Source: Nitrospirota bacterium (GTDB lineage: Bacteria; Nitrospirota; Thermodesulfovibrionia; Thermodesulfovibrionales; BMS3Bbin05). From it: a DNA stretch of 64,000 nucleotides. The translations under genes were made by a program, and so were the position numbers. Shown here piece after piece: positions 36,782 to 46,733 of the stretch (its first letter is position 1; every line of letters begins with the position of its first letter). Location: positions 1,872,673 through 1,936,672 of the forward strand of contig CP070669.1 in the NCBI GenBank assembly GCA_020351835.1. Reading direction: 5' to 3'. The notes below the pieces were generated by a model. That model saw nothing but the letters and a program-made list of their open reading frames with translations, made no database searches and was not told the DNA's origin.

Positions 36782-38341
36782 ATGGGCTTAGAAAGGATAT
36801 TGATAAGAGGAGTTAACTGGGTCGGGGACGCCGTTATGACCATGCCCGCCATTCGTTCCATAAGGGACAATTTCAAAGACGGTCTGATATCATTATTTGT
36901 AAAGTCGTGGGTAAGTGAACTTTTCAGAATTGACCCGAATATAAATGATATCCTTGAGTATAAGGACGAATACAGAGGCATCACCGGCAAGTTCAGGGCC
37001 GCAAGGGTAATAAAGAAACTGTCTTTCGATCGCAGTTACCTTCTTCAAAACGCTATAGATGCAGCCCTGATATCATTTATTTCCCGAATACCTGAAAGGA
37101 TAGGTTATAGCAGAGATGGGCGTGGGATGCTTTTAAGCAGACCTATCAAGGCAGATAAGGATATACTCAGTTTACACCATATAGATTATTACCTGGAGAT
37201 GTTGAGACGTTCAGGCCTTGACGTTACATATAAGCTACCCTGGATATACCCGAACCTCGATGATCGCATGTCGGGCCGTAATAAACTGGCTCATCTTAAA
37301 AGACCCGTTATAGGGCTGAATCCTGGCGCAGCATATGGATCAGCTAAGAGATGGAGCAGTAACAATTTTGCAGAATTAGCAAAAATGATCATATCTGACC
37401 TTAACGGGTCTGTTGTATTGTTCGGTTCAGCAAAAGAGGTAACTATCTGCAATGAAATATATAATTTGATAGATATTGACCATGTCCACGGGTCATCTCT
37501 TCTGGACATGTCAGGAAAGACCACTCTTTATGAACTGTGCGACCTTATCCCTGAGTGTGACATCGTAGTATCGAACGACTCAGGGCCTATGCATATATGC
37601 TATGCAAGTGGCACTCCGCTGGTCGCACTTTTTGGGTCGACATCACCCGAACTGACCGGCCCCCCTGAGAGCTCATTTGATGGTGCTGAGTTCTCGTTCG
37701 AACATATTGTTATGAGTTCTGACATTGAGTGCTCACCGTGTTTTGAAAGGACCTGCAGGTTCGGCCACCTTAAGTGCATGGAACTGATAAGGCCGGAAGA
37801 TGTCTTTTCAGGCATTCTTGATCTGCGCTGCAGCGAGCGCGCGGTATTCTTCGACAGGGACGGAACCCTATGCAAAGATGCCAACTACCTCAGATCATAT
37901 GATGATCTTGAGATATTCCCGTCAATAGAACGCATCAAAATACTTAAAGAAAATGGTTACAAGATCATAGGTATAACAAACCAGTCGGGGATAGCGCGGG
38001 GGATCGTTGATGATCAGTTCGTCAAAGATGTTAACAGGATCTTTATCGATAAATATGGTTTCGATGATTTCTACTACTGCCCACACCATCCGGATGACAG
38101 GTGCTCATGCAGGAAGCCTTTTCATGGAATGCTGCTTAAGGCCCGTGCAGAACACAAGATAGACCTCACTCGGTCGTTCTGTGTCGGAGATAAAGTATCT
38201 GATATGAAAGCAGGGAAGTTAGCAGGATGCACAACGGTGTTTGCCGGTATGACAGATGACCGTCCTGACGATCATTCTGATCTTAAAGGAACTGGCCTTG
38301 AAGATTGTATCTCGCTCATAGACAGCTATGAAAGTACGTGA
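36782..38341 (+). CDS. Fusion of GT9 ADP-heptose:LPS heptosyltransferase (RfaF-like) and D,D-heptose 1,7-bisphosphate phosphatase (GmhB, HAD)
   Basis: 519 aa. The N-terminal ~350 aa is GT9 (ILIRGVNWVGDAVMTMPAIRSI..., NDSGPMHI). From about 37838 the sequence reads VFFDRDGTL...GITNQSGIARG...YYCPHHPDDRCSCRKP...VGDKVSDMKAG, which gives the GmhB motifs including the Zn-binding Cys/His loop. Confidence 0.8.
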   Translation: MGLERILIRGVNWVGDAVMTMPAIRSIRDNFKDGLISLFVKSWVSELFRIDPNINDILEYKDEYRGITGKFRAARVIKKLSFDRSYLLQNAIDAALISFISRIPERIGYSRDGRGMLLSRPIKADKDILSLHHIDYYLEMLRRSGLDVTYKLPWIYPNLDDRMSGRNKLAHLKRPVIGLNPGAAYGSAKRWSSNNFAELAKMIISDLNGSVVLFGSAKEVTICNEIYNLIDIDHVHGSSLLDMSGKTTLYELCDLIPECDIVVSNDSGPMHICYASGTPLVALFGSTSPELTGPPESSFDGAEFSFEHIVMSSDIECSPCFERTCRFGHLKCMELIRPEDVFSGILDLRCSERAVFFDRDGTLCKDANYLRSYDDLEIFPSIERIKILKENGYKIIGITNQSGIARGIVDDQFVKDVNRIFIDKYGFDDFYYCPHHPDDRCSCRKPFHGMLLKARAEHKIDLTRSFCVGDKVSDMKAGKLAGCTTVFAGMTDDRPDDHSDLKGTGLEDCISLIDSYEST

Positions 38342-38344
38342 TCA

Positions 38345-40897
38345 CTATGCCCACTTGATAAACCCAGGCATATAGGGGTTCTTAAGATCGCTGAATTTTG
38401 GCAATATCCTCACGGTATACCCCTGGTGTCCGCTTTCGGAGCACGAAAAACCGCCGCTATACTCGAAAGCCCCCTTCCCTAGTTCCTTGTATGATACCAG
38501 ACTTACCGGCCGCCCTTTTCTGATATTTCCGTCACTTTCCACTTTGCCTTCAAAGACCTGCACATCTATCTCATCAGGTCCTATCCCATCCACAGATACC
38601 TTCACGGATATGCCAATTTTCCCGCCTACTATCATGCTATTTCCGACATCACATGTGATGCCCTCTATCCTTATCCTGTCCCACGACCTTTTCAGTCTTT
38701 CTTTGTATCCCGATAACCGTTTTGCGCGCTCGTAATCGTTCATGATCAGATTCTTTAGTCTTATCTCAGAATCCACGTAGAACCTCTCATTGTAATCGAA
38801 CACCATTCTGTGTGAATTAAAGACAGGACATATCCTCATTATCGAGCTTTTCATGTGCTTAACCCACTCCCTAGGAACACCGCTGTTGTCCCTTGTATAG
38901 AACAGAGGTATTACTTCCTTCTGGAGAAGATCATAAATTGCATTGGCCTCAACATCATACTGGTAATCTATATCATCATACTCTTCGCCCTTTCCTATAG
39001 CCCACCCTACCCCTTCGGCGTATGCTTCATCCCACCACCCGTCCAGTATGCTCATGTTCAGTGCCCCGTTAGCTGCCGCCTTCATTCCGCTTGTTCCAGA
39101 TGCTTCGTACAACCTCCTTGGAGTATTAAGCCAAATATCAACTCCTTGTACCAGATAGCGCGCTATGTTCATATCGTAATCCTCTATAAATACTATCCCG
39201 TCCCTGAAGTCATCTCGCTCAGCAAGTCCTATCAGGTCCCTGATCAGCTCTTTGCCCGGGTTATCCCTTGGATGCGCCTTCCCCGAGAATATGATCTGAA
39301 CAGGCATATCTTTGTTTCCAAGAATCTCGGCAAGTCTGTCCGGGTTTCGCAGGACGAGGTCCGCCCTCTTGTACGTGGCAAACCTTCTGGCAAACCCTAT
39401 GGTCAGTGCTTTTGGGTTAAGCACGCTTCCAGCCCTATTAACCTCTGCGCTTGGAGCTCCTCTTTTTATAAGCTGCCTCTCAAGCATATCCCTTGCCGCC
39501 ATAACAAGTTTGTCCCTCCTCATCTCATGAGTGTCCCAAAGCTCCTTATCAGGCATGCCGCTGACGTTCTGCCAGACCTCCTGATCTTCAGGATTGGTCA
39601 GCCATCTTTCTCCCGCATATCGAATGTAGAGGCCCTCCATCTCATGTGAGATCCAGGACCTGTGATGAACACCGTTCGTTATCGATGATATGGGAACCTC
39701 TTCATCTGGCAAATCTGGCCACAGCTCACTAAAAAGGTTCTGTGAAACCTGGCCATGAAGCCTGCTTACTCCGTTGAAAGAGTCAGACAGGTTAAAGGCC
39801 AGCACAGCCATTGAAAATCCCGTCTGTGCACCTCCCGCTCTGTCCCATCCGAACTCCAGGAAATGTTCCATTGATAACCCCAGATCCGTTATATAGCTAG
39901 AAAAATACTTTTTCACAAGGTCGATCGGGAAAACGTCTATACCGGCCGGGACAGGTGTATGAGTTGTAAATATTGAACCGGCCTTTGCAACTACAACCGC
40001 TTCTTCCAGGGATATCCCGTCCCTATTAATTAGCAACCTTATCCTTTCAAGGCCAAGGAAGGCTGAATGCCCCTCGTTCATATGATATACCATGGGTTCG
40101 ATCCCTAATTTATCTATCGCTCTTACACCTCCGATACCAAGCACCATCTCCTGCTGTATCCTTCTTTCCTGGTCCCCACCGTAAAGCTCGTCCGTTATGC
40201 TCCTGTACTCCTCTATGTTCTGTTCTACATTGGTATCAAGAAGATAAAGTGTTATATTCCCTACTTTAGCCTGCCAGATCTTGGCTGTTACGTCCCCTTT
40301 AGGAAAGGATAACTGCACAGATAGATCATTACCCTCTTTGTCAATTACCTCCGTTATCGGCATATTGTAAAAATCATTAACGGGATATCGCTCACCCTGC
40401 CACCCTTCATAATTCAGGTACTGCCTGAAATAACCCTTCTGATAAAGCAGTCCAATTCCTACAAGTGGTATGCCAAGGTCTGATGATGACTTCAGGTGGT
40501 CTCCCGCAAGTATCCCGAGACCTCCGGAATAAATAGGAAGGGACTCCGAGATACCGAACTCCGCAGAGAAATAGGCTACCGTGGGCTCCTTCTTGCCATA
40601 ACACTGTTCACACCATTTTGTTTCTTCTACATACGATTTGAAGCTATTTGCTACCCTTTCGTAATGTTCAAGAAAGCCTGTATCCGTTGAAAGCTCGTCA
40701 AGCCTGCTCTGATCAACTATACCGAGTAGCTTAATAGGGTTATGCTCAGTAGCTTCCCAGAGGTCCGGGTCCAGGCGCCTGAAAAGAGATACGCAATCGT
40801 AGTTCCAGCTCCACCAAAGGTTGTTGGACAAGTACTCCAGCATATTCAGCCTTTCGGGGATAGCGGGCCTTACCTTGAATGTTCTGACAGGCTTCAT
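38345..40897 (-). CDS. glgP: Alpha-glucan (glycogen/maltodextrin) phosphorylase, GT35, long DUF3417-type N-terminus
   Basis: 850 aa. RLNMLEYLSNNLWWSWN N-terminus, GGLGILAGDHLKSSSDLG, and the PLP-lysine region EASGTSGMKAAANG. Confidence 0.9.
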   Translation of the reverse strand: MKPVRTFKVRPAIPERLNMLEYLSNNLWWSWNYDCVSLFRRLDPDLWEATEHNPIKLLGIVDQSRLDELSTDTGFLEHYERVANSFKSYVEETKWCEQCYGKKEPTVAYFSAEFGISESLPIYSGGLGILAGDHLKSSSDLGIPLVGIGLLYQKGYFRQYLNYEGWQGERYPVNDFYNMPITEVIDKEGNDLSVQLSFPKGDVTAKIWQAKVGNITLYLLDTNVEQNIEEYRSITDELYGGDQERRIQQEMVLGIGGVRAIDKLGIEPMVYHMNEGHSAFLGLERIRLLINRDGISLEEAVVVAKAGSIFTTHTPVPAGIDVFPIDLVKKYFSSYITDLGLSMEHFLEFGWDRAGGAQTGFSMAVLAFNLSDSFNGVSRLHGQVSQNLFSELWPDLPDEEVPISSITNGVHHRSWISHEMEGLYIRYAGERWLTNPEDQEVWQNVSGMPDKELWDTHEMRRDKLVMAARDMLERQLIKRGAPSAEVNRAGSVLNPKALTIGFARRFATYKRADLVLRNPDRLAEILGNKDMPVQIIFSGKAHPRDNPGKELIRDLIGLAERDDFRDGIVFIEDYDMNIARYLVQGVDIWLNTPRRLYEASGTSGMKAAANGALNMSILDGWWDEAYAEGVGWAIGKGEEYDDIDYQYDVEANAIYDLLQKEVIPLFYTRDNSGVPREWVKHMKSSIMRICPVFNSHRMVFDYNERFYVDSEIRLKNLIMNDYERAKRLSGYKERLKRSWDRIRIEGITCDVGNSMIVGGKIGISVKVSVDGIGPDEIDVQVFEGKVESDGNIRKGRPVSLVSYKELGKGAFEYSGGFSCSESGHQGYTVRILPKFSDLKNPYMPGFIKWA

Positions 40898-41007
40898 ATT
40901 AAGCCTCCATTAATTATCTTAGGGAACATTTAGAGTATTGAATTAATCATACCAGAGTTATGCATCTATGCCAAATAGATGTTTGTGCATGTCATCGGTT
41001 ATAATTC

Positions 41008-42015
41008 GTGATGCAAAATATTAGCAAGATACTTATTGTAAAACCCAGCTCTCTTGGGGATGTTGTCCACAGCCTGCCTTTCCTCGCCTCGATAAAGAAA
41101 TGTTTCAAAGCTGCCTCCATCGACTGGGTCATATCAAGAGGGCTGCATGAGCTTCTGGAAGGACATCCGATGATAGACAAGTTATGGACGATAGATAAGG
41201 ACTCTTGGAAGAATGTCTCAAAAATAATGAGAACTATCAGAGAGCTGATCACCCTTGGGAGGTCTCTGAGGAATGAAAGGTATGATCTGGTAATCGACCT
41301 TCAGGGGCTATTGAGGAGCGGAATAATATCCCGGATGACCCACTCCAATAGAATAATCGGTTTCGGCGAGGCTCGTGAGGGAAGTCGCTTCTTCTATAAT
41401 GAAAGAGTAACTGGCGGGAAAGAGAGTCATGCCGTGGAAAGATATCTTAGGATCGCATCTCATCTCGGATGTGAAATATCGGATATCGAGTTCCCATTCA
41501 CTGATACCGGTGATAACTATGCCCTTAAGGACAAGTTTCCAATACCGAGCGAGTACTGCGTTGTCGTCCCGGGAGGAAGATGGGAAACAAAGAGGTGGGC
41601 TCCGGAAAGGTTCGGTCAACTAATATCTCGCCTTTCGATCAAGGCAGTGATCCTCGGAAGCAGTTCAGAGAAGGCGATATGTGGTTCGGTTGCCGCCTCA
41701 TCTAATGGCAATGCATTAGATCTCGCGGGCAGGACATCACTTAAAGAGATGATAAGTATAATAAGAGGAGCAAAGTTCGTTCTGACCAATGATACCGGAC
41801 CGATGCATATAGCTGCTGCCCTTGACCGCCCTGTATTTGCGATATTCGGCCCTACAAGCGAGGTCCTGACGGGGCCTTTCAGATCAAGGGGTAAAATAAT
41901 CAGAAGTGACACTGATTGTGCTCCATGTTTCAGAAGAAAGTGTGAAGACATGAAATGTCTTGATGATATTGACGTTAATACCGTAGAGAAGGAGATCAGT
42001 TCATTTGATCATTGA
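41008..42015 (+). CDS. GT9 LPS heptosyltransferase (WaaC/RfaC-like)
   Basis: 335 aa. ILIVKPSSLGDVVHSLPFLASIK...IDWVI, and TNDTGPMHIAAAL. Confidence 0.8.
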   Translation: MMQNISKILIVKPSSLGDVVHSLPFLASIKKCFKAASIDWVISRGLHELLEGHPMIDKLWTIDKDSWKNVSKIMRTIRELITLGRSLRNERYDLVIDLQGLLRSGIISRMTHSNRIIGFGEAREGSRFFYNERVTGGKESHAVERYLRIASHLGCEISDIEFPFTDTGDNYALKDKFPIPSEYCVVVPGGRWETKRWAPERFGQLISRLSIKAVILGSSSEKAICGSVAASSNGNALDLAGRTSLKEMISIIRGAKFVLTNDTGPMHIAAALDRPVFAIFGPTSEVLTGPFRSRGKIIRSDTDCAPCFRRKCEDMKCLDDIDVNTVEKEISSFDH

Positions 42016-42404
42016 TCCTCAGAAGCTTTTTCTCCTTTCTCCCCTTTCTTTTTGAACAATCCCTCAGATAGGGCATCAAGTGTAGTTCTTGCAGCATAAC
42101 TGAATGCGTGCAACTGTCCTTTCATGTTTGTTACATATCCCTCTGTCTCCTTTATAGCCCTCCAGACTTTCTTCATCTCTTTTCCGATCTCTCCGATCGG
42201 TTCGGTTATATCCCGGACATTACTGACCGAACCTTCTACCGATTCGACAACGTCATTAAGTTTCTGAACGGTCCTGTCCAGGTCTCTCGTAACATCCTCA
42301 ATTGAACTGCTCATCTTCATCAACCTTATCAGCAGAGGAATGATAAATGCGCTGAGAACCAACAGTAATATGAATAAAAGTAACAGGAAAAGTTCAGTAT
42401 CCAT
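42009..42404 (-). CDS. DUF948-like membrane-anchored coiled-coil protein
   Basis: 131 aa. An N-terminal TM helix is followed by a repeating charged helical region (DVTRDLDRTVQKLNDVVESVEGSVSNVRDITEPIGEIGKE), the pattern I associate with DUF948. Confidence 0.5.
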   Translation of the reverse strand: MDTELFLLLLFILLLVLSAFIIPLLIRLMKMSSSIEDVTRDLDRTVQKLNDVVESVEGSVSNVRDITEPIGEIGKEMKKVWRAIKETEGYVTNMKGQLHAFSYAARTTLDALSEGLFKKKGEKGEKASEDQ

Positions 42405-42444
42405 TCAATATATTCCTAATAACAGGGGTAAATATTAGAGAACG

Positions 42445-42720
42445 TCACTCGCCCGATCCGTCCTCCGGTAGTGTTCCGGCCTTTTCATATGCATCGCTCA
42501 TAGCCTGTTTGAATGCTTCGCCGAAATTATCTATAAGAGCGGTAAACCTGTCTCTGACCGGTTCAAGAAACTCTCTCTGCAATTCCTTTACCTCCTCCTT
42601 GAGCTCCTCTTCATCGCTTGCAAGTACCATAAGAGCAACTGTAGTACCGACGAGGCCTCCCAGGAACGACCCTAAAAGCACATAGTTCAATATGTTATGT
42701 TCTGTCTTTTCGTCTTTCAT
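42445..42720 (-). CDS. YtxH-like small membrane protein
   Basis: 91 aa. Gly-rich TM segment LLGSFLGGLVGTTVALMVLA plus a charged helix. Pairs with the DUF948-like gene downstream. Confidence 0.5.
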   Translation of the reverse strand: MKDEKTEHNILNYVLLGSFLGGLVGTTVALMVLASDEEELKEEVKELQREFLEPVRDRFTALIDNFGEAFKQAMSDAYEKAGTLPEDGSGE

Positions 42721-42990
42721 CTTATATAGTGCAAGTTTGATTAAACGTTATCATACGCTTATTCCATTGTCAATTTTGGTATCTGATAACCTTTTCCTGG
42801 CTCAGGTTGACCATACATTTCTCAAATGAAACAGTGCGAAAGCACTCCATAACAAAAAGTTTATCTTATAGGTCTATAAAATACCTTAATGTCTTTATGC
42901 ATATATTAAATTGACATATTCTTTATCATACTGATAAATTCATTTCGATAGCCATTCTGGCTATTTATATTAATACGGGAGGGCAAAACT

Positions 42991-44049
42991 ATGGTTTCAT
43001 TGGTTGTATCAGGTCTTATTGTTGGCATTGCCGCCGGCTGGGTTCTGCAAAGGGGGCGCTACTGCATGAACTCTGCTTTCAGAGATGTCCTTTTCATTAA
43101 CGATTATACTTTGTTCAAGGCCTATATCCTCGCTCTTCTTGTTACAATCGTAGGTGCTAATGCTCTTGAGTCGATAGGGCAGATCGAGGAGCTTAGAAGA
43201 CAGGCCTTTGCTCCTATTGCCAATATTGTGGGAGGTTACATATTCGGCCTTGGTATCGTGTTGGCAGGCGGATGCGGTAGCGGTGTCTGGTACAGGGTAG
43301 GCGAAGGTATGTTCGCCGCCTGGGTAGCAGTGCTCGGTTTTCTTATAGGGATATTGACTACTCAGAGCGGACTCCTTGCGCCTGTAAAGAACTTCCTCAG
43401 AAGCTTCATGCTCTGGAAGACGGATGAGGGGATAAAATTAATGAATTGGGAACAGCTGGATGCTTATGAAGGATTTGCCCGACAGTTAACCCTCAACAAT
43501 CTCTTCGGACTCGAAGGAAACTCAAAGTGGATCCTGATAGCAATCCTGATCGTTGTTGCCCTTCCCTTCCTCTTCAGGGGCGGAGTGCCCAAACCTCAGA
43601 AGGGTTACTCATGGCCGGTTGCAGGCCTCTTGATAGGTCTTGTAATTGTGGTCGCATGGTATGCCTCAGAGAAATGGGGAGGCGGAGCCAGAGGTGTTTC
43701 GTATACAGGCCCTACGGCGGAGCTTTTCAGGTCGTTCATGCTTGGTAAAGAGCCAACATGGAGTGCTTTTCTTGTTATAGGCACCCCTATCGGGGCAGCC
43801 ATAAGTGCCATAGCACTTAAGGAGTTCAAGCTTAAGGCACCTGGCGCCGCGGAGCAGCTCAGGGTGTTCGTAGGCGGCCTCATAATGGGTGTTGGTGCTG
43901 TTATTGGCGGTGGGTGTAATGTTGGTCATGGTCTTACCGGTTTTTCGACACTCGCTATGGCAAGCATAATAGCCACTATCTTCACTATCCTCGGCAACTG
44001 GACGATGGTATACTTCCTGTTCATCAAGCCCATGCAGGATATGGATTAG
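42991..44049 (+). CDS. YeeE/YedE-family sulfur(/selenium)-compound transporter
   Basis: 352 aa polytopic protein with the paired signature Cys loops GRYCMNSAFRD and GGGCNVGHG plus GGCGSGVW. No adjacent TusA/YeeD-like gene. Confidence 0.8.
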   Translation: MVSLVVSGLIVGIAAGWVLQRGRYCMNSAFRDVLFINDYTLFKAYILALLVTIVGANALESIGQIEELRRQAFAPIANIVGGYIFGLGIVLAGGCGSGVWYRVGEGMFAAWVAVLGFLIGILTTQSGLLAPVKNFLRSFMLWKTDEGIKLMNWEQLDAYEGFARQLTLNNLFGLEGNSKWILIAILIVVALPFLFRGGVPKPQKGYSWPVAGLLIGLVIVVAWYASEKWGGGARGVSYTGPTAELFRSFMLGKEPTWSAFLVIGTPIGAAISAIALKEFKLKAPGAAEQLRVFVGGLIMGVGAVIGGGCNVGHGLTGFSTLAMASIIATIFTILGNWTMVYFLFIKPMQDMD

Positions 44050-44067
44050 TTCTTATCAGACATTATC

Positions 44068-44106
44068 AAAGCCCGGGACCCGAAATGGTCCCGGGCTTTA
44101 TTTTTT
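44068..44106 (+). terminator. Rho-independent terminator after yeeE
   Basis: AAAGCCCGGGACC-CGAAAT-GGTCCCGGGCTTT followed by ATTTTTT. Confidence 0.85.
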
Positions 44107-44345
44107 AGAATTTATTATTAATTTGTACACCTTAGCCCTGTATAGGTAATCTAAAATTTTAATTTGAAGTTGACAATAATTCCTTTCTGTTATATTTTAG
44201 TTTATACACAAAAGAACGATTTCAGCTTAGGGGAGACTTAAATCAAATACACTCACTAGGAGAGGAGGTGATAGGGAATTTAGTCGCTGTTCGTACTAAC
44301 CAAAAAGCTTTTAAAGCTAAAAACACTCAGACGGGGAGGATGTAA

Positions 44346-45374
44346 ATGACAAGAAAATTTGTAATCGCATTAATGGCTTTATCGCTTCTCGCTTTCGGAG
44401 CTGTCGCTTATGCTGGTTCCGCTTCTAGCTCAGGCGCTGGTTCTAGTTATGATTTTTCACCAAAACTTTCAGGTATCGCTTATCTGCAGACACACGGTGG
44501 TCATGTTGCAGTGGTAGATCTTTCTGATGGCAGCGTAAAGAGGATCGTTCACGGAAAGCCTTCAGATGCACTTACCGTTTCGAAGGACGGAAAGACTCTC
44601 TACATGTTCAGCCTTGACGGACATGCAAAAGAGGTTAATCTTGTAACCGGTAAGCAGACCGAGTGGATGAAGCTTGGTCACAAGCATTGTGGTTCGATGG
44701 TAGCCCCTGACGGTACCGTTTGGGTATCTGACATGAAGGACGGTTCCATTTATATCTATGACCCTAAAAAGAAGAAACTCGCCGACGTTATAAAGGTAAG
44801 CAAGTCCATATGCGGAATTGATTTCTCTAAGGACGGAAAAAAGGCATACGCTTCAGATATGCCGGGCGGTTTCGTTTCGATCATAGATGTCAAGAAGAAG
44901 AAGGTTATCGGAAAGATCGAAGGCGTTGGTAACTTCATTCACCGTGCAAGGGTAAGCCCTGACGGTACAGAGCTTTGGCAGTCCGAAGGTAATGAGCTTA
45001 AGGCAGGAAAGCCATACGGCGTAGGCTATGCTGAAGATGGCGGAACGCCTGGTGGAGTATCTATTGTTGATCTTAAGAGTGGAAAGGTCAAGGACTTCGT
45101 CATAACCGGCGGAAATCCTCATGATGTTTCTTTCTCACCTGATGGAAAATATGCTCTTGTTGCTGCAAGGCAGCTTCCGACAAGGGCTGACAGCGCTATC
45201 ATAGTTGTTGACATGAAGACCAAGAGGGTCGTAAAACAGTACTCAGCATGTACGTCATGTCACGGTGCTATCGGTCTTGAGATCCCTGAAACAAAGGATG
45301 GCGGAAGGGCTTTCCTATGCGCTCTTGATGTTGACTGGAACGCAAAGAAATTCCCGGCAGGTTGTGAAGAATAA
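44346..45374 (+). CDS. Secreted YVTN/WD-like beta-propeller repeat protein with a C-terminal CxxCH motif
   Basis: 342 aa with signal peptide MTRKFVIALMALSLLAFGAVAYA. Repeated blade motifs: VSKDGKTLY, VAPDGTVWV, FSKDGKKAY, VSPDGTELW, FSPDGKYAL. CTSCH lies near the C-terminus. Confidence 0.7.
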   Translation: MTRKFVIALMALSLLAFGAVAYAGSASSSGAGSSYDFSPKLSGIAYLQTHGGHVAVVDLSDGSVKRIVHGKPSDALTVSKDGKTLYMFSLDGHAKEVNLVTGKQTEWMKLGHKHCGSMVAPDGTVWVSDMKDGSIYIYDPKKKKLADVIKVSKSICGIDFSKDGKKAYASDMPGGFVSIIDVKKKKVIGKIEGVGNFIHRARVSPDGTELWQSEGNELKAGKPYGVGYAEDGGTPGGVSIVDLKSGKVKDFVITGGNPHDVSFSPDGKYALVAARQLPTRADSAIIVVDMKTKRVVKQYSACTSCHGAIGLEIPETKDGGRAFLCALDVDWNAKKFPAGCEE

Positions 45375-45397
45375 GAACCATTTTTAGTTCCATTAAA

Positions 45398-45429
45398 AGA
45401 GGGGAGGATATTCCTCCCCTCTTTTTTTT
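45398..45429 (+). terminator. Rho-independent terminator after the propeller gene
   Basis: AGAGGGGAGGA-TA-TTCCTCCCCTCT followed by TTTTTTT. Confidence 0.85.
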
Positions 45430-45472
45430 GATTTTTGTGCCCCCCAAGTTATAGAATATACGAACTGAATGT

Positions 45473-46711
45473 TTGTTTGTTCTGCTACTCAGAGGTATTA
45501 GGTTGATAAAGATAACTCTATTTCACATAGCTAATCAGAACATACGCCGTAAGATCTTCAGGTCCCTTGCGATAGCTGTATCTGTTGCAGTCGTAGCGGG
45601 GACACTCTTTTCTATAACCACTATCATGGACTCCGTCGAGACCAGCCTGAGAAGGGGCACGGAAAGGCTTGGTGCAGATATTATGGTAGTACCTGCAAAT
45701 GCGGAAATGAAGGCAAAGACCGCCCTTTTAGCCGGAGATCCCTCTACTTTCTACATGGACAAACGCATAGAAGATAAAGTAAGACAAACAGAAGGTGTAA
45801 AAAAGGCGGCAAGCCAGCTTTTTCTGCAGTCATCTGAATATGAATGCTGCGATGTGGCTGATATGCTTCTTATAGGTTTTGACCCCAATAACGATTTTAC
45901 TATAATTCCCTGGCTTACAAAGCGTCTTAACAGACCCTTGGAGGACAATGAAGCAATAATGGGCCGTGCCCTTACAGCTTATGCGGTCGGCTCCAATGTA
46001 AGGTTCTATGGGACTGATATACCCATAGCGGGCATGCTTGAGGAAACCGGAATGAAGTTCATCGACAATTCGGTATTTATGCCTTTCAAGGGACTTCGGA
46101 AGATAGCCGAAGATTCAGCTACCAGGGGAAAGGAGACGGTCGACATTCCCCTTGATAAGGTATCAACCGTTCTCGTCCAGGTGAATCCTGAGATAACAGC
46201 AGCAAGGGTCGCTATATTCATCGAACACGAGATCGAGGGAGTAAAGGCCATAGTATCAGAGCAGGTCATAGCATCTGTAAGAAAGCAACTCTTTATTTTG
46301 TTAAGGAGCATTTTGTCCATAAGTATCGTTCTATGGATCATGGCGATGCTCCTTATAGGGGTCGTTTTCTCAATGATTGTCAACGAAAGACAGAGGGAGA
46401 TAGGGCTTTTGAGGGCGATGGGTGCAAAGAAGGGTAACATATTTAAGCTTGTTATGACTGAAGCATCTGTATTGTCATTAGCTGGCGGCATCATCGGGAT
46501 ATCTGCAGGAGGGCTGTTCCTTTATATATTCAAGGGGTTCATACGCTCATCACTGGATATTCCATATCTTTGGCCTTCAGCGGCTCAGTTCTCCCTGCTT
46601 ATAAGCTTTTGCCTGTTCCTGTCTTTTATTACCGGTACCCTGGCAGCCCTGTATCCTGCGATCAGATCTATGAGAATGGAGCCGTACGAGGCTATTAGAC
46701 GCGGCGAATAG
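45473..46711 (+). CDS. Type VII ABC transporter permease (FtsX/MacB-LolCE superfamily)
   Basis: 412-aa ORF: TM1, a ~220-aa periplasmic domain, then three TM helices of the FtsX domain (ERQREIGLLRAMGAKKGNIFKLV...). The start may be TTG 45503 (giving MIKITLFHIANQNIRRK). Confidence 0.8.
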   Translation: MFVLLLRGIRLIKITLFHIANQNIRRKIFRSLAIAVSVAVVAGTLFSITTIMDSVETSLRRGTERLGADIMVVPANAEMKAKTALLAGDPSTFYMDKRIEDKVRQTEGVKKAASQLFLQSSEYECCDVADMLLIGFDPNNDFTIIPWLTKRLNRPLEDNEAIMGRALTAYAVGSNVRFYGTDIPIAGMLEETGMKFIDNSVFMPFKGLRKIAEDSATRGKETVDIPLDKVSTVLVQVNPEITAARVAIFIEHEIEGVKAIVSEQVIASVRKQLFILLRSILSISIVLWIMAMLLIGVVFSMIVNERQREIGLLRAMGAKKGNIFKLVMTEASVLSLAGGIIGISAGGLFLYIFKGFIRSSLDIPYLWPSAAQFSLLISFCLFLSFITGTLAALYPAIRSMRMEPYEAIRRGE

Positions 46712-46733
46712 AACAACCTTAAGGAGAGGATCA

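Noticed and set aside
38855-39649. Long antisense ORFs inside well-supported genes: 264 aa opposite glgP, 2334..2864, 5304..5801, 10181..10723, 15908..16417, 21157..21618, 26124..26654, 28195..28668, 46006..46494, 49948..50400, 52901..53353, 53472..53930
   Set aside because: These are shadow ORFs. Their translations are low-complexity or Ser/Leu/Pro-rich with no recognisable motifs. They fully overlap genes with strong family signatures and lack convincing ribosome-binding sites.
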